Source: an uncultured Anaerolineae bacterium
GTDB taxonomy: Bacteria; Chloroflexota; Anaerolineae; JAADDB01
Reading direction: 5' to 3'
Length of the DNA: 64,000 nucleotides
Assembly (NCBI GenBank): GCA_964402285.1
Contig: CAYOAZ010000092.1
Coordinates: 15,978-79,977 of the forward strand
Below are positions 27,584 through 36,323 of the stretch, in pieces. The position numbers and the translations under genes are program-made. The number at the start of each line of letters is the position of its first letter. Positions within the stretch are counted from its first letter, which is position 1. Under the pieces are notes generated by a model. That model searched no databases and was not told the DNA's origin. It worked only from the letters and a program-made list of their open reading frames with translations.

Positions 27584-28528
27584 ATGATAGACGTTCAGGG
27601 ACTAACCAAACTGTACGGATCCTTTGTCGCCCTTGATAACCTCTCCTTCCACGTCGGCCAGGGAGAAATCCTGGGCTTTCTCGGACCCAACGGAGCCGGA
27701 AAAACCACCACCATGCGCATCCTCTCCGCGTACATGCCCCCCAGCGCGGGCAGCGTGCGCGTCGCAGGGTACGACGTCACCCGCCACCCCCTCGAAGTGC
27801 GGCGACACGTGGGCTACATGCCCGAAACCGTACCCCTCTACAAGGAAATGAGCGTCCTCGACTACCTGGACTTCATGGCCCGCTTGCGCGGCGTCCCCCG
27901 CCGCCAATCCCGTATCACCGACGTCATGGACCAGTTGGGCCTGACCGAAAAAGCACACACCCGCATCGCCAAACTCTCCAAAGGATACCGACAACGCGTG
28001 GGACTGGCCCAGGCCATCCTCCACGAACCCGACGTCCTGATACTCGACGAACCCACCATCGGCCTGGACCCCCAACAAATTATCGAAGTGCGGAACCTCA
28101 TTCGCTCCCTGGGAGAACACCACACCATCATATTGAGCACCCACATCTTGCCCGAAGTGAGCCAACTCGCAGACCGAGTGCTCATCATCAACCGCGGGAA
28201 ACTGGTCGCCGAAGACACCCCCGAAGGATTGACCGCCCTCCTCTCCGGCGGCCGCCGCCTGCGCGTCCTCGTGAACGCAGACGTCCCCGCGGACACAATT
28301 ATCACCACCCTCTCCCGCGTGCCCGGCGTCAAAGAAGTCCGGGCCATCGCGGACCAAACCTTTGACGTCGTTGCCGAAGAGAACAGCGATCCCCGAGCAG
28401 ACATCGCGGCCACGGTCGTGCACCAGGGATGGCAACTCCTGGAACTGCACACCACCACCATGACCCTGGAGGACATCTTCCTCCACCTGGTCACTCGCGA
28501 AGATTCCGTGGCCCAGCCCGGCGGATGA
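27584..28528 (+). CDS. ABC transporter ATP-binding protein (ABC-2/GldA-like)
   Basis: GPNGAGKTTTMRIL (Walker A); LSKGYRQRVGLAQAIL (signature); VLILDEPTIGLDP (Walker B); STHIL (H-loop). RBS AGGAGG before ATG at 27584. Confidence 0.9.
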   Translation: MIDVQGLTKLYGSFVALDNLSFHVGQGEILGFLGPNGAGKTTTMRILSAYMPPSAGSVRVAGYDVTRHPLEVRRHVGYMPETVPLYKEMSVLDYLDFMARLRGVPRRQSRITDVMDQLGLTEKAHTRIAKLSKGYRQRVGLAQAILHEPDVLILDEPTIGLDPQQIIEVRNLIRSLGEHHTIILSTHILPEVSQLADRVLIINRGKLVAEDTPEGLTALLSGGRRLRVLVNADVPADTIITTLSRVPGVKEVRAIADQTFDVVAEENSDPRADIAATVVHQGWQLLELHTTTMTLEDIFLHLVTREDSVAQPGG

Positions 28529-28539
28529 GGAGGTTAACC

Positions 28540-29250
28540 ATGCGGACGGTGTTTACTATCGCTCGACGGGAATTGTACGCCTATTTCGTCTCCCCTATCG
28601 CCTACGTCGTGGTCGCCCTATTCCTAGCATTGCACAGCTACATGTTCTCCATTATCCTTCTCCTCTCCCAGGAAGCATCATTGCGCTACCTGTTCGGGAC
28701 CATGACCACAGTGCTCTTGTTTGTGGCCCCCGTGTTGGCAATGCGACTCCTGGCCGAAGAATACCGATCCGGCACCATCGAGGTGCTGTTAACCGCCCCC
28801 GTGCGGGATTGGGAATTGGTCGTGGGCAAATGGTTGGCTGCTCTGGTCCTTTGGGTGGTTATGCTGGCCCTCACCCTGATCTACCCCTACTTCCTCAACG
28901 TGTTCGGCGAACCCGATTGGGGCCCCATCATTTCCGGGTACCTGGGCATTTTCCTGTTCGGCGCCGCCCTCTTAGCCCTGGGCACCTTTGCTTCGGCTAC
29001 CACCGAAAACCAAATCGTCGCGGCAATTGTCGGCGTTGTCCTCACCGTGGGACTGTGGGTGCTTAGAGGAGCCGGCGACTTAATGAAAGGCGTCGCCGCG
29101 CGCATCGTGAACTACGTAGCCCTCGCCGACCACACAGTAGACTTCGCTCGCGGTGTGGTGGACACACGCGATGTATTGTACTTCATCAGCCTCATCATCA
29201 TATCCCTATTCCTTGCCACGCGAGCGGTGGAAATGCGGAGGGTGCAATGA
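28540..29250 (+). CDS. ABC-2 family permease (GldF-like)
   Basis: MRTVFTIARRELYAYFVSPIAYVVVALFLAL..., six hydrophobic helices. RBS GAGGAGG before ATG at 28540. Confidence 0.8.
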   Translation: MRTVFTIARRELYAYFVSPIAYVVVALFLALHSYMFSIILLLSQEASLRYLFGTMTTVLLFVAPVLAMRLLAEEYRSGTIEVLLTAPVRDWELVVGKWLAALVLWVVMLALTLIYPYFLNVFGEPDWGPIISGYLGIFLFGAALLALGTFASATTENQIVAAIVGVVLTVGLWVLRGAGDLMKGVAARIVNYVALADHTVDFARGVVDTRDVLYFISLIIISLFLATRAVEMRRVQ

Positions 29251-30794
29251 GAGACTGGCGTACTTCCGTGGCTCCTATTGCTGTTGGACTGGGCGTATTA
29301 GCCCTGTTACTCTCGCTGTTTGTCCATTGGCTGGCCATAGGGCCCCTGTGGTTATCCAAGGCCCTGGCCGTCACTGGTGGAATACTCATCCTACTCTACC
29401 CGGCCATTTTCCCGGACAAAATCATTCGCCTCTTCCAATCCCGTTCCACCCAGGCCGGGACAAACATCCTCTTAATGAGCCTGATCTTCATCGGCATCGT
29501 GGGTGTGGTGAACTTCCTCGGCTACCGGTATCACAAGCGGTTCGATTTGACCGCCAACAAGGAATACAGCCTCTCCCCTCAAACCGTACGCGTCCTGAAG
29601 GAATTGCCCGCACCCGTGCATGCCATTGCCTTTTTCGTCGACCAGGACCCCCGACGCGATCGGGTAGAAGATCTCCTGCGCGAGTACGCACAGGTCACCA
29701 ACAAATTCACCTACGAATTCGTGAATCCCAACCGGGAACCGGGAAAAGCCCGCCAGTACGGCCTGACCCGCCTAGGCGTGGTCGTCCTGGTACAGGGGGA
29801 TCGTCGGGAACAGGCAGATGTCTTCGACGAAGAAGACCTGACCAGCGCCATTATCCGGGTGACGCGGGACAAACCCCGAGTCGTGTACTTTACCATCGGC
29901 CACGGCGAACGCGACCCCCACTCCTACCAGGATCGGGATTTAGGGCAAGCAGTGCGTAAATTGGAACAGGAGTTCTACGAAGTCCGCACGTTGAGCCTGG
30001 CCACCATTACAGACACATTGCCCGCGGACATGGATGCGCTTGTAGTTGCCGGGCCAACTCAACCCTTTACCGACGAGGAACTCGAGCGAGTGTTCGACTA
30101 CTTGAACAGTGGGGGGCGAGTGTTGTGGATGCAGGATCCTTCGCCTAACCTGGACATCTCCCCTCTGAACGAACGCCTCAAAGCGTGGGGCGTAAAGTTC
30201 GACAACGATCTGGTGCTGGATCCACAATCCGCTCTCTTCGGCGACATCGCCACCCCGCTGGTCACCCGATACACCTTCCACACCATTACAAAGGAACTGG
30301 CCGGCCTGGCCACCTTTTACCCTACGGCGCGTTCCATTAGCCGGGTGGAGCCGGCTCCCCAGGACAAGAAAGTGGTTTCCCTGGTCACAACCACCTCTCG
30401 AGCCTGGGGAGAAACCGAATATACAGGACAGAAAGTCGGGTATGACAAGGATAAGGACCTCAAAGGCCCCCTCACCCTGGTATCTGTTGTGGATCAGGTA
30501 AAGGGGGACGCACAACGAGGACGGCTGGTGGTCGTAGGGGATGCGGACTTTGCCAGTAACATCATCATCAACAGCGTGCAGGGAGCGTTTGCCAATGTCG
30601 AACTGTTCGGCAACATGATAAATTGGCTGACAGAAGACGAAGCCCTGGTCTCCATCAGCCCCAAACCGCCCGCGTATCATCCGTTGCGCCCCCTGACTCC
30701 GGGAGAACAGAACGTCATCTTCTTCACGACCACGGTCTTCCTCCCGCTGCTCATCCTGGTAGCGGGCATCATCATCTGGTGGCAGAGGCGGTGA
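29247..30794 (+). CDS. GldG-like ABC-transporter auxiliary protein (N- and C-terminal TM anchors, large extracytoplasmic domain)
   Basis: Start overlaps the permease stop (ATGA). N-terminal TMs; ...LSLATITDTLPADMDALVVAGPTQPFTDEELERVFDYLNSGGRVLWMQDP...; C-terminal TM VFLPLLILVAGIIIWW. The architecture is typical of the GldG family. Confidence 0.7.
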   Translation: MRDWRTSVAPIAVGLGVLALLLSLFVHWLAIGPLWLSKALAVTGGILILLYPAIFPDKIIRLFQSRSTQAGTNILLMSLIFIGIVGVVNFLGYRYHKRFDLTANKEYSLSPQTVRVLKELPAPVHAIAFFVDQDPRRDRVEDLLREYAQVTNKFTYEFVNPNREPGKARQYGLTRLGVVVLVQGDRREQADVFDEEDLTSAIIRVTRDKPRVVYFTIGHGERDPHSYQDRDLGQAVRKLEQEFYEVRTLSLATITDTLPADMDALVVAGPTQPFTDEELERVFDYLNSGGRVLWMQDPSPNLDISPLNERLKAWGVKFDNDLVLDPQSALFGDIATPLVTRYTFHTITKELAGLATFYPTARSISRVEPAPQDKKVVSLVTTTSRAWGETEYTGQKVGYDKDKDLKGPLTLVSVVDQVKGDAQRGRLVVVGDADFASNIIINSVQGAFANVELFGNMINWLTEDEALVSISPKPPAYHPLRPLTPGEQNVIFFTTTVFLPLLILVAGIIIWWQRR

Positions 30795-30797
30795 ACC

Positions 30798-31349
30798 ATG
30801 ATACGGTGGCGAACAACAGCGCTGCTTCTGGTGGTATTGTTAGTGTTGATCGGCGTGGCGTGGGTGACAAATAAGCACGCTCCTGTGTCCGACTCCACGC
30901 CTACATCTTGGCCGCCGGTATTTCACATTTCCCTCGCGGACGTTGTGGCTGTGGATGTGTACAAAGGTGACGCACATGTGCGCCTAGTGCACGAGTCTGA
31001 GGGGTGGCGCATTGTGGAGCCTGTCCAACAACCAGCGGATGACGAAGAGGTTGAACGCCGCCTGCGGAGTTTTCTCCTCTCCGTTGCTTTTGACCACTTT
31101 ACGCCCACCACGTTAGAGGAGTATGGGTTGGCTTCACCCCAGGCTCGCATCGTCTTGGACACGGGGGAACAGCCTGTAACCGTGTTAGTTGGCGATGCCA
31201 ACCCCACGAACACCGATTATTACATCCAGATAGAAGGCGAGGATACAGTAGAAGTGGTGGGAAAGTACGCGGTAGATCGCTTGTTGGAATGGGTGGACAC
31301 GTTACCGGTTCCGCCCACACCTACACCCACAGCGACAACAACACCGTGA
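30798..31349 (+). CDS. DUF4340-like protein (commonly follows gldG), N-terminal signal anchor, PT-rich C-terminus
   Basis: ATG 3 nt after the GldG stop. N-terminal TM LLLVVLLVLIGVAWV. Tail ...[15 protein letters not shown]. Confidence 0.5.
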   Translation: MIRWRTTALLLVVLLVLIGVAWVTNKHAPVSDSTPTSWPPVFHISLADVVAVDVYKGDAHVRLVHESEGWRIVEPVQQPADDEEVERRLRSFLLSVAFDHFTPTTLEEYGLASPQARIVLDTGEQPVTVLVGDANPTNTDYYIQIEGEDTVEVVGKYAVDRLLEWVDTLPVPPTPTPTATTTP

Positions 31350-31413
31350 TCCCTCGGAAGAATGGACCACCTGTCCGTACCTCCAGGGCCGGACAGGTGG
31401 TCACGTTGTTCCC

Positions 31414-32262
31414 TTACTCGATGAGGCTGCGTAACACCCGCAGGTTTTCCACATCTTCGTGCATGTCCTTACTCTTTGGCGTCTCCAGAACCATGGGGAC
31501 ATCCTCAAAGCGGGGATCGTTGACAATCCAACGGAATCCGTCAAGGCCAATGTACCCTTTGCCAATGTGTTCGTGTCGGTCTTTACGCGATCCCAGGGGG
31601 TGTTTGCTGTCGTTGAAGTGGAAGGCCTTGAGACGCTCCAGACCGAGGATGCGGTCAAATTCTTCCATTACGGCTTCGTACCCTTCCCGCGTGCGGATGT
31701 CGTACCCGGCTGCAAACGCGTGACAGGTATCGAAGCAGAAGGCCACTCGTTCGGGGTGTTTTACCCGGTCGCGAATGGCCGCCAGTTGTTCAAAGCGATA
31801 GCCCAGATGATCTCCTGTTCCCGCGGTGATCTCCAACAGGGTAAGAGTTTGGTACCCGGGCGTTGCTTCATGGCAGAGATCCAGGGCCTGGGCAATGCGT
31901 TTGATGCCCGCCTCCTCCCCTTCCCCCATGTGTGACCCGGGATGGAGGACCACGCCGAGGAGGTGCAGCGCTTCAGCCCGTTGCAGTTCATCGATGAACG
32001 CGTCAATGGATTTTTTCCACAGTTCTTCTTTAGGACTGGCCAGGTTGATCAAGTACGCGGCGTGGGAGAACACAGGCCAGATGCCCGTCTCCTGAACTCG
32101 CTGGTGGAACCGTTCAATCTCCTTTGGATCCAGGGGCTTGGAGGTCCAGCGATTGTTGTTGCGGGTGAAGATTTGGATGGTATCACAGCCAATGCTCTCC
32201 CCCCGGTCCAGCGCTTTGCTGACGCCGCCTGCCACTGACATATGGGCTCCTAAGCGTGGCAT
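31414..32262 (-). CDS. nfo: endonuclease IV (AP endonuclease, TIM barrel)
   Basis: MPRLGAHMSVAGGVSKALDRGESIGCDTIQIFTRNNNRW...VVLHPGSH...FCFDTCHAFAAGYD...HFNDSK...HEHIGKGYIG. Confidence 0.9.
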   Translation of the reverse strand: MPRLGAHMSVAGGVSKALDRGESIGCDTIQIFTRNNNRWTSKPLDPKEIERFHQRVQETGIWPVFSHAAYLINLASPKEELWKKSIDAFIDELQRAEALHLLGVVLHPGSHMGEGEEAGIKRIAQALDLCHEATPGYQTLTLLEITAGTGDHLGYRFEQLAAIRDRVKHPERVAFCFDTCHAFAAGYDIRTREGYEAVMEEFDRILGLERLKAFHFNDSKHPLGSRKDRHEHIGKGYIGLDGFRWIVNDPRFEDVPMVLETPKSKDMHEDVENLRVLRSLIE

Positions 32263-32534
32263 GGAAAATACTCCTTTCTGTCAACGGGATTCTGTGCCCT
32301 TTTCAGGGTATGTTTGCATCATGGTTAAGTACATCCTAATCCAAACTGAACCGGGGCGCAAGATGTTCACTCGGCAGTCAGGCGAAGAGCGCTCTGGCAT
32401 CTGTGAAACTTCAACGCACCGTTGGGTTGTGGTATAATCTCGCCGCCATCAGGTCGTACGTGGACTCAAAAGCGTGTCGGATCGGTCGTGGAGGATCAGA
32501 TAGGGAAGGTCCGGCAGGCGACCGAGGAACTTAG

Positions 32535-33680
32535 ATGACACATGTTGTGTTAAATGCCTTGCTCCTGAACACGGGAGCCACATATCGAGGCGCGGGCATT
32601 AGTGGGTACGAACAGCATCTCATTCAAGCCCTGGGCACAGTCAACAAGGAGATGACATTGACCGCGATCGTGGGTGATCGCGCATGGCGTGCACCCTCAG
32701 GCGTGCACACCTTTCGGCCTTTGTGGAACACAGAACGGCCGTCAGCCCGAATTGTGTGGGAGCAAGGGTGGCTTCCTTGGGTTTTACGGCGACTGAACGC
32801 AGATGTGTACCATGGTCTGGCGTTTGTGGGCCCTGTATGGGGACCAAACATCCCCCACGTAATTACTGTCCATGACCTGAGTTTTGTGCGGTATCCGGAG
32901 ACGCTCCCTGTGTGGAAAGCGCGTTATCTACGGTGGTTCACCCGCACAAGTGTCCGCAAAGCGGCTCGGGTCATTGCTGTGTCGGAAAGTACCCGCCAGG
33001 ATTTGTTGCGTTGGCTTGCACTGCCTCCGGAAAAGGTGGTGACCGTGTACAATGGGGTGGATGACCGTTTCCGCCCCTTACCCCGCGCGGATGTTGAGAT
33101 GTGGCGGGAGCGTCAGCAATTGCCTTCATCCTTTTTTCTGTTTGTGGGCACATTACAACCCCGAAAGAATTTGGAGACGCTTGTGCGGGCCTACGCTCGT
33201 TGGCGTTCACTAACCCGTGGTTCTCCGTGGCCCTTGCTCATCGGTGGCGCGAAGGGGTGGTATTATGAACGCCTGTTCGCGTTGGTACGGGAGTTAAATC
33301 TGGAGGATTCCGTTCGCTTTCTTGGCTATGTCCCAACCGCGGATTTGCCGTATTTGTACAATGCCGCGTCGGTTTTCATATATCCGTCGCTGTTCGAAGG
33401 GTTTGGGTTGCCTGTGTTGGAGGCTATGGCGTGTGGTACGCCTGTAATTGTGGCCGACACGTCCTCGCTGCCGGAAATTGTCGGGGATGCGGGAGTGCGT
33501 GTGCCGCCCCTGGATGTAGATGCCTGGGCCGATGCCCTGGCCGATTTGTACAACGATGCGAACCGTCGCCGTGAGTTGGGCGAATGGGGCCAACGACGGG
33601 CCCGTATGTTTTCCTGGGAGCGCACGGCCGTGCACACGTTGAATGTGTACAAGGATGTCGGGGAATCTTCGTATGCCTAA
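32535..33680 (+). CDS. glycosyltransferase family 4
   Basis: GT-B fold with EX7E-type C-terminal motif: ...FVGTLQPRKNLETLV...YPSLFEGFGLPVLEAMACGTPVIVADTSSLPEIVGDAG. Confidence 0.85.
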   Translation: MTHVVLNALLLNTGATYRGAGISGYEQHLIQALGTVNKEMTLTAIVGDRAWRAPSGVHTFRPLWNTERPSARIVWEQGWLPWVLRRLNADVYHGLAFVGPVWGPNIPHVITVHDLSFVRYPETLPVWKARYLRWFTRTSVRKAARVIAVSESTRQDLLRWLALPPEKVVTVYNGVDDRFRPLPRADVEMWRERQQLPSSFFLFVGTLQPRKNLETLVRAYARWRSLTRGSPWPLLIGGAKGWYYERLFALVRELNLEDSVRFLGYVPTADLPYLYNAASVFIYPSLFEGFGLPVLEAMACGTPVIVADTSSLPEIVGDAGVRVPPLDVDAWADALADLYNDANRRRELGEWGQRRARMFSWERTAVHTLNVYKDVGESSYA

Positions 33681-35112
33681 ACTCAAACGTCCATCCTTAC
33701 AGTGGCTCCGATACGTTCTTGTATTGAGCGATATTGTGCTGGTTAATGTGGCCTTTGGTTTGGCCTACATTATTCGTTATCGCCTTCAGTGGTTCCGCGG
33801 TGTTGACCCCGCGTATTACACGGATTTCACCGCTTATGTGCCCTTTGCTGCCCTGCTGACCGTGCTGTTGATAGCCGCGTACGCAGTGGAGGGGTTGTAC
33901 GGAGACCAGCGCGGACGTCGTTTTTGGGACGATGTGTACGGGATTGTCAACGGGACCACCACAGGGTTGGGGATTACGATTATTATCGTTTTCTTCTGGC
34001 GACCGTTGTTTTATTCCCGCCTGATTTTCGCGTACACGGCTGTTTTGGTAGTGGCATTGCTGGTGCTGGAACGGATGCTCCTTCGCTGGGTACTGCGTTA
34101 CTTGCGACGGCGGGGGATTGGTGTTTCTCGGGTGGTGTTGGTGGGCGCGGGGGAATTGGGACGCCTGGTGATGCGAAATGTGGTGGCCAATCCGGATCTG
34201 GGGTACGAGATCATCGGCTTTCTTGATGACAATCCCACCAAAGGGACGACGGATATTGGGCGCTTTCGGGCGTTGGGGGGCGTGGACCGGTTGGGGGAAA
34301 TTCTCGAGCGCGAGGATGTGGATGAGGTCATTATCACTCTTCCGTGGCAGTATTATCGGCGTATTATGCGGGTGATGACTTTGGCTGAGCGGGCTGGCGT
34401 GCGGGCCCGAGTGGTGCCGGATCTGTTCCAATTGCGTTTGGGCCGCGTGGAGGTTAGCACATTGAAGGGTATCCCTTTGATCGGGCTCCGCGAAGCAGTG
34501 TTCCCGCGACATCACCTGCTTGTCAAGCGAGCCATGGATTTGATCCTTTCTTCCGCGGCGTTGGTGTTGCTCTTGCCTGTCATGGCATTGATTGCCATTG
34601 CTATTAAGGTGGATTCCCCCCAGGGACCGGTGTTGTTTCGCCAGGTTCGGGTGGGGAAGAACGGCCGTCGTTTTTACCTGTACAAGTTCCGCTCGATGAT
34701 TCCCGAGGCGGAATTGATCAAGAAGGATTTGCAGAATCTCAACGAGGCGGATGGCCCGCTGTTCAAAATCCGGAATGACCCCCGTTTGACGCGCGTTGGG
34801 CGGTTCTTGCGTCGATTCAGTTTGGATGAGTTGCCCCAATTCGTGAACGTTTTGCGGGGGGAGATGAGTTTGGTGGGCCCTCGTCCTGCACTCCCAGAAG
34901 AGGTGGCCCAGTACGCGCCGTGGCACCACAAGCGTTTGACGGTCACCCCGGGGATTACCGGGTTGTGGCAGATTAGCGGTCGCAGTGATCTGAGTTTCGA
35001 TGAGATGATGCTGTTGGACATCTATTATGTGGAGAATTGGTCCTTACTACTCGATATACGCATCTTGCTCTTGACCATTCCTAAGGTTATCTTGGGAGAA
35101 GGTGCGTATTGA
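33673..35112 (+). CDS. polyprenyl-phosphate sugar phosphotransferase (WbaP/EpsL-like bacterial sugar transferase)
   Basis: N-terminal TM helices; CoA_binding-like segment; C-terminal catalytic block VLFRQVRVGKNGRRFYLYKFRSM...DELPQFVNVLRGEMSLVGPRP. Start overlaps the GT4 stop. Confidence 0.85.
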   Translation: MPKLKRPSLQWLRYVLVLSDIVLVNVAFGLAYIIRYRLQWFRGVDPAYYTDFTAYVPFAALLTVLLIAAYAVEGLYGDQRGRRFWDDVYGIVNGTTTGLGITIIIVFFWRPLFYSRLIFAYTAVLVVALLVLERMLLRWVLRYLRRRGIGVSRVVLVGAGELGRLVMRNVVANPDLGYEIIGFLDDNPTKGTTDIGRFRALGGVDRLGEILEREDVDEVIITLPWQYYRRIMRVMTLAERAGVRARVVPDLFQLRLGRVEVSTLKGIPLIGLREAVFPRHHLLVKRAMDLILSSAALVLLLPVMALIAIAIKVDSPQGPVLFRQVRVGKNGRRFYLYKFRSMIPEAELIKKDLQNLNEADGPLFKIRNDPRLTRVGRFLRRFSLDELPQFVNVLRGEMSLVGPRPALPEEVAQYAPWHHKRLTVTPGITGLWQISGRSDLSFDEMMLLDIYYVENWSLLLDIRILLLTIPKVILGEGAY

Positions 35113-35126
35113 GACTGTCGGAGGGA

Positions 35127-36323
35127 ATGTGGCCGGTGAGCATTCGACCTGTGGATTATCAGGATGATCTGCTGTCCTTTGCTCAAGCCCTGGTGCGGCT
35201 CCCCAGCCCTTCCGGTGAGGAGGAGAAAGTTGCTCATCGGTTGGCCGAGGAGATGGAGCGCCTGGGTTTTGACGCGGTTTGGATTGACCCGGTGGGCAAT
35301 GCAATTGGTCGGATTGGCACCGGGGAGGGGCCGGTGTTGTTGTACAACGGGCATATGGACACGGTGGGGGTTGGGGATCCGGCCGCGTGGACTCGCGATC
35401 CCTTTGGTGGGGAGATTGTGGAGGGGCGCCTTTACGGCCGTGGCGCGGTGGATATGAAGGGACCCTTGGCCGCCATGGTGTATGGGGCCTGGTTGTTCCG
35501 GCAACGACGAGGTCGTGGGGGAAAGGGGACGCTGTACGTGGTGGGCGTGGTGCAGGAGGAACCCCGGGAAGGGCGAGCCATGCAAGCCTTGGTCGAGGAG
35601 AATGATATTCACCCCGACGCGATTTTGCTGGGTGAACCCTCCAACTTCCAGGTCAAACGCGGACATCGTGGTCGCCTGGAAATTCGCGTCATCACACGCG
35701 GGCGAGCGTGTCACGCTTCAAATCCTGCCGCCGGTGAGAACGCGTTGTACGCGGCCGCGCGCATTATCTTTGGCATCGAACTCCTGGCCGCGTCCCTGCC
35801 TTCAGACCCGGTGTTGGGCCCTGGAACAATCGCCGTAACCCACATTGAGACGATTTCCGCCAGTCGTAATGCTATCCCGGACCGGGCGGAGTTGGTGATT
35901 GACCGTCGTTTGACGTTGGGTGAGACTGAGGTGAAAGCCCTGGCCGAGGTGCAGAGTGTGGTGCAGAAGGAGGGGGTACGGGCGGAGGTGTTTGTGCCCG
36001 AGTACGAGGTGAGCAGTTACACGGATTATCGGATGCGAGGACGGGAATACTATCCAACGTGGTTGATCTCGGAGGACCATCCCTTTTTGCGCCAGGTGAT
36101 CCGCGGAGCAGAAAAGGCGTTGGGAACCAAGCCCAGTGTGGGAGTGTGGGCCTTTTCTACGGACGGTGTGTTCACCATGGGCGAAGCAGGAATCCCCACG
36201 GTGGGGTTTGGCCCAGGCGATGAGGCGTTGGCCCACACAGCGGATGAGCACATTGCGGTGCGGGATTTGCTCCGAGCCGTTGAAGCCTATGCAGCCATCG
36301 CTCAAGAGGTGCTCGGCAAATGA
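35127..36323 (+). CDS. M20 family metallopeptidase/deacylase (ArgE/DapE-like)
   Basis: LLYNGHMDTVGVGDPAAWTRDPFGGEIVEGRLYGRGAVDMKGPLAAMV (H-x-D...GRG..D.KG blocks). RBS GGAGGGA before ATG at 35127. Confidence 0.8.
   Translation: MWPVSIRPVDYQDDLLSFAQALVRLPSPSGEEEKVAHRLAEEMERLGFDAVWIDPVGNAIGRIGTGEGPVLLYNGHMDTVGVGDPAAWTRDPFGGEIVEGRLYGRGAVDMKGPLAAMVYGAWLFRQRRGRGGKGTLYVVGVVQEEPREGRAMQALVEENDIHPDAILLGEPSNFQVKRGHRGRLEIRVITRGRACHASNPAAGENALYAAARIIFGIELLAASLPSDPVLGPGTIAVTHIETISASRNAIPDRAELVIDRRLTLGETEVKALAEVQSVVQKEGVRAEVFVPEYEVSSYTDYRMRGREYYPTWLISEDHPFLRQVIRGAEKALGTKPSVGVWAFSTDGVFTMGEAGIPTVGFGPGDEALAHTADEHIAVRDLLRAVEAYAAIAQEVLGK

Noticed and set aside
26205-28494. Long antisense ORFs 26205-27239 (-), 27602-28486 (-), 27862-28494 (-) across the MTase and ABC ATPase genes
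   Set aside because: Same compositional artefact (C-rich sense strand). G/A/V-rich nonsense translations. The sense genes carry canonical Walker/SAM motifs.
33697-34929. 410-aa minus-strand ORF opposite the sugar-phosphotransferase gene
   Set aside because: Antisense to a CDS with a clear catalytic block. Low-complexity H/P/Q-rich translation.
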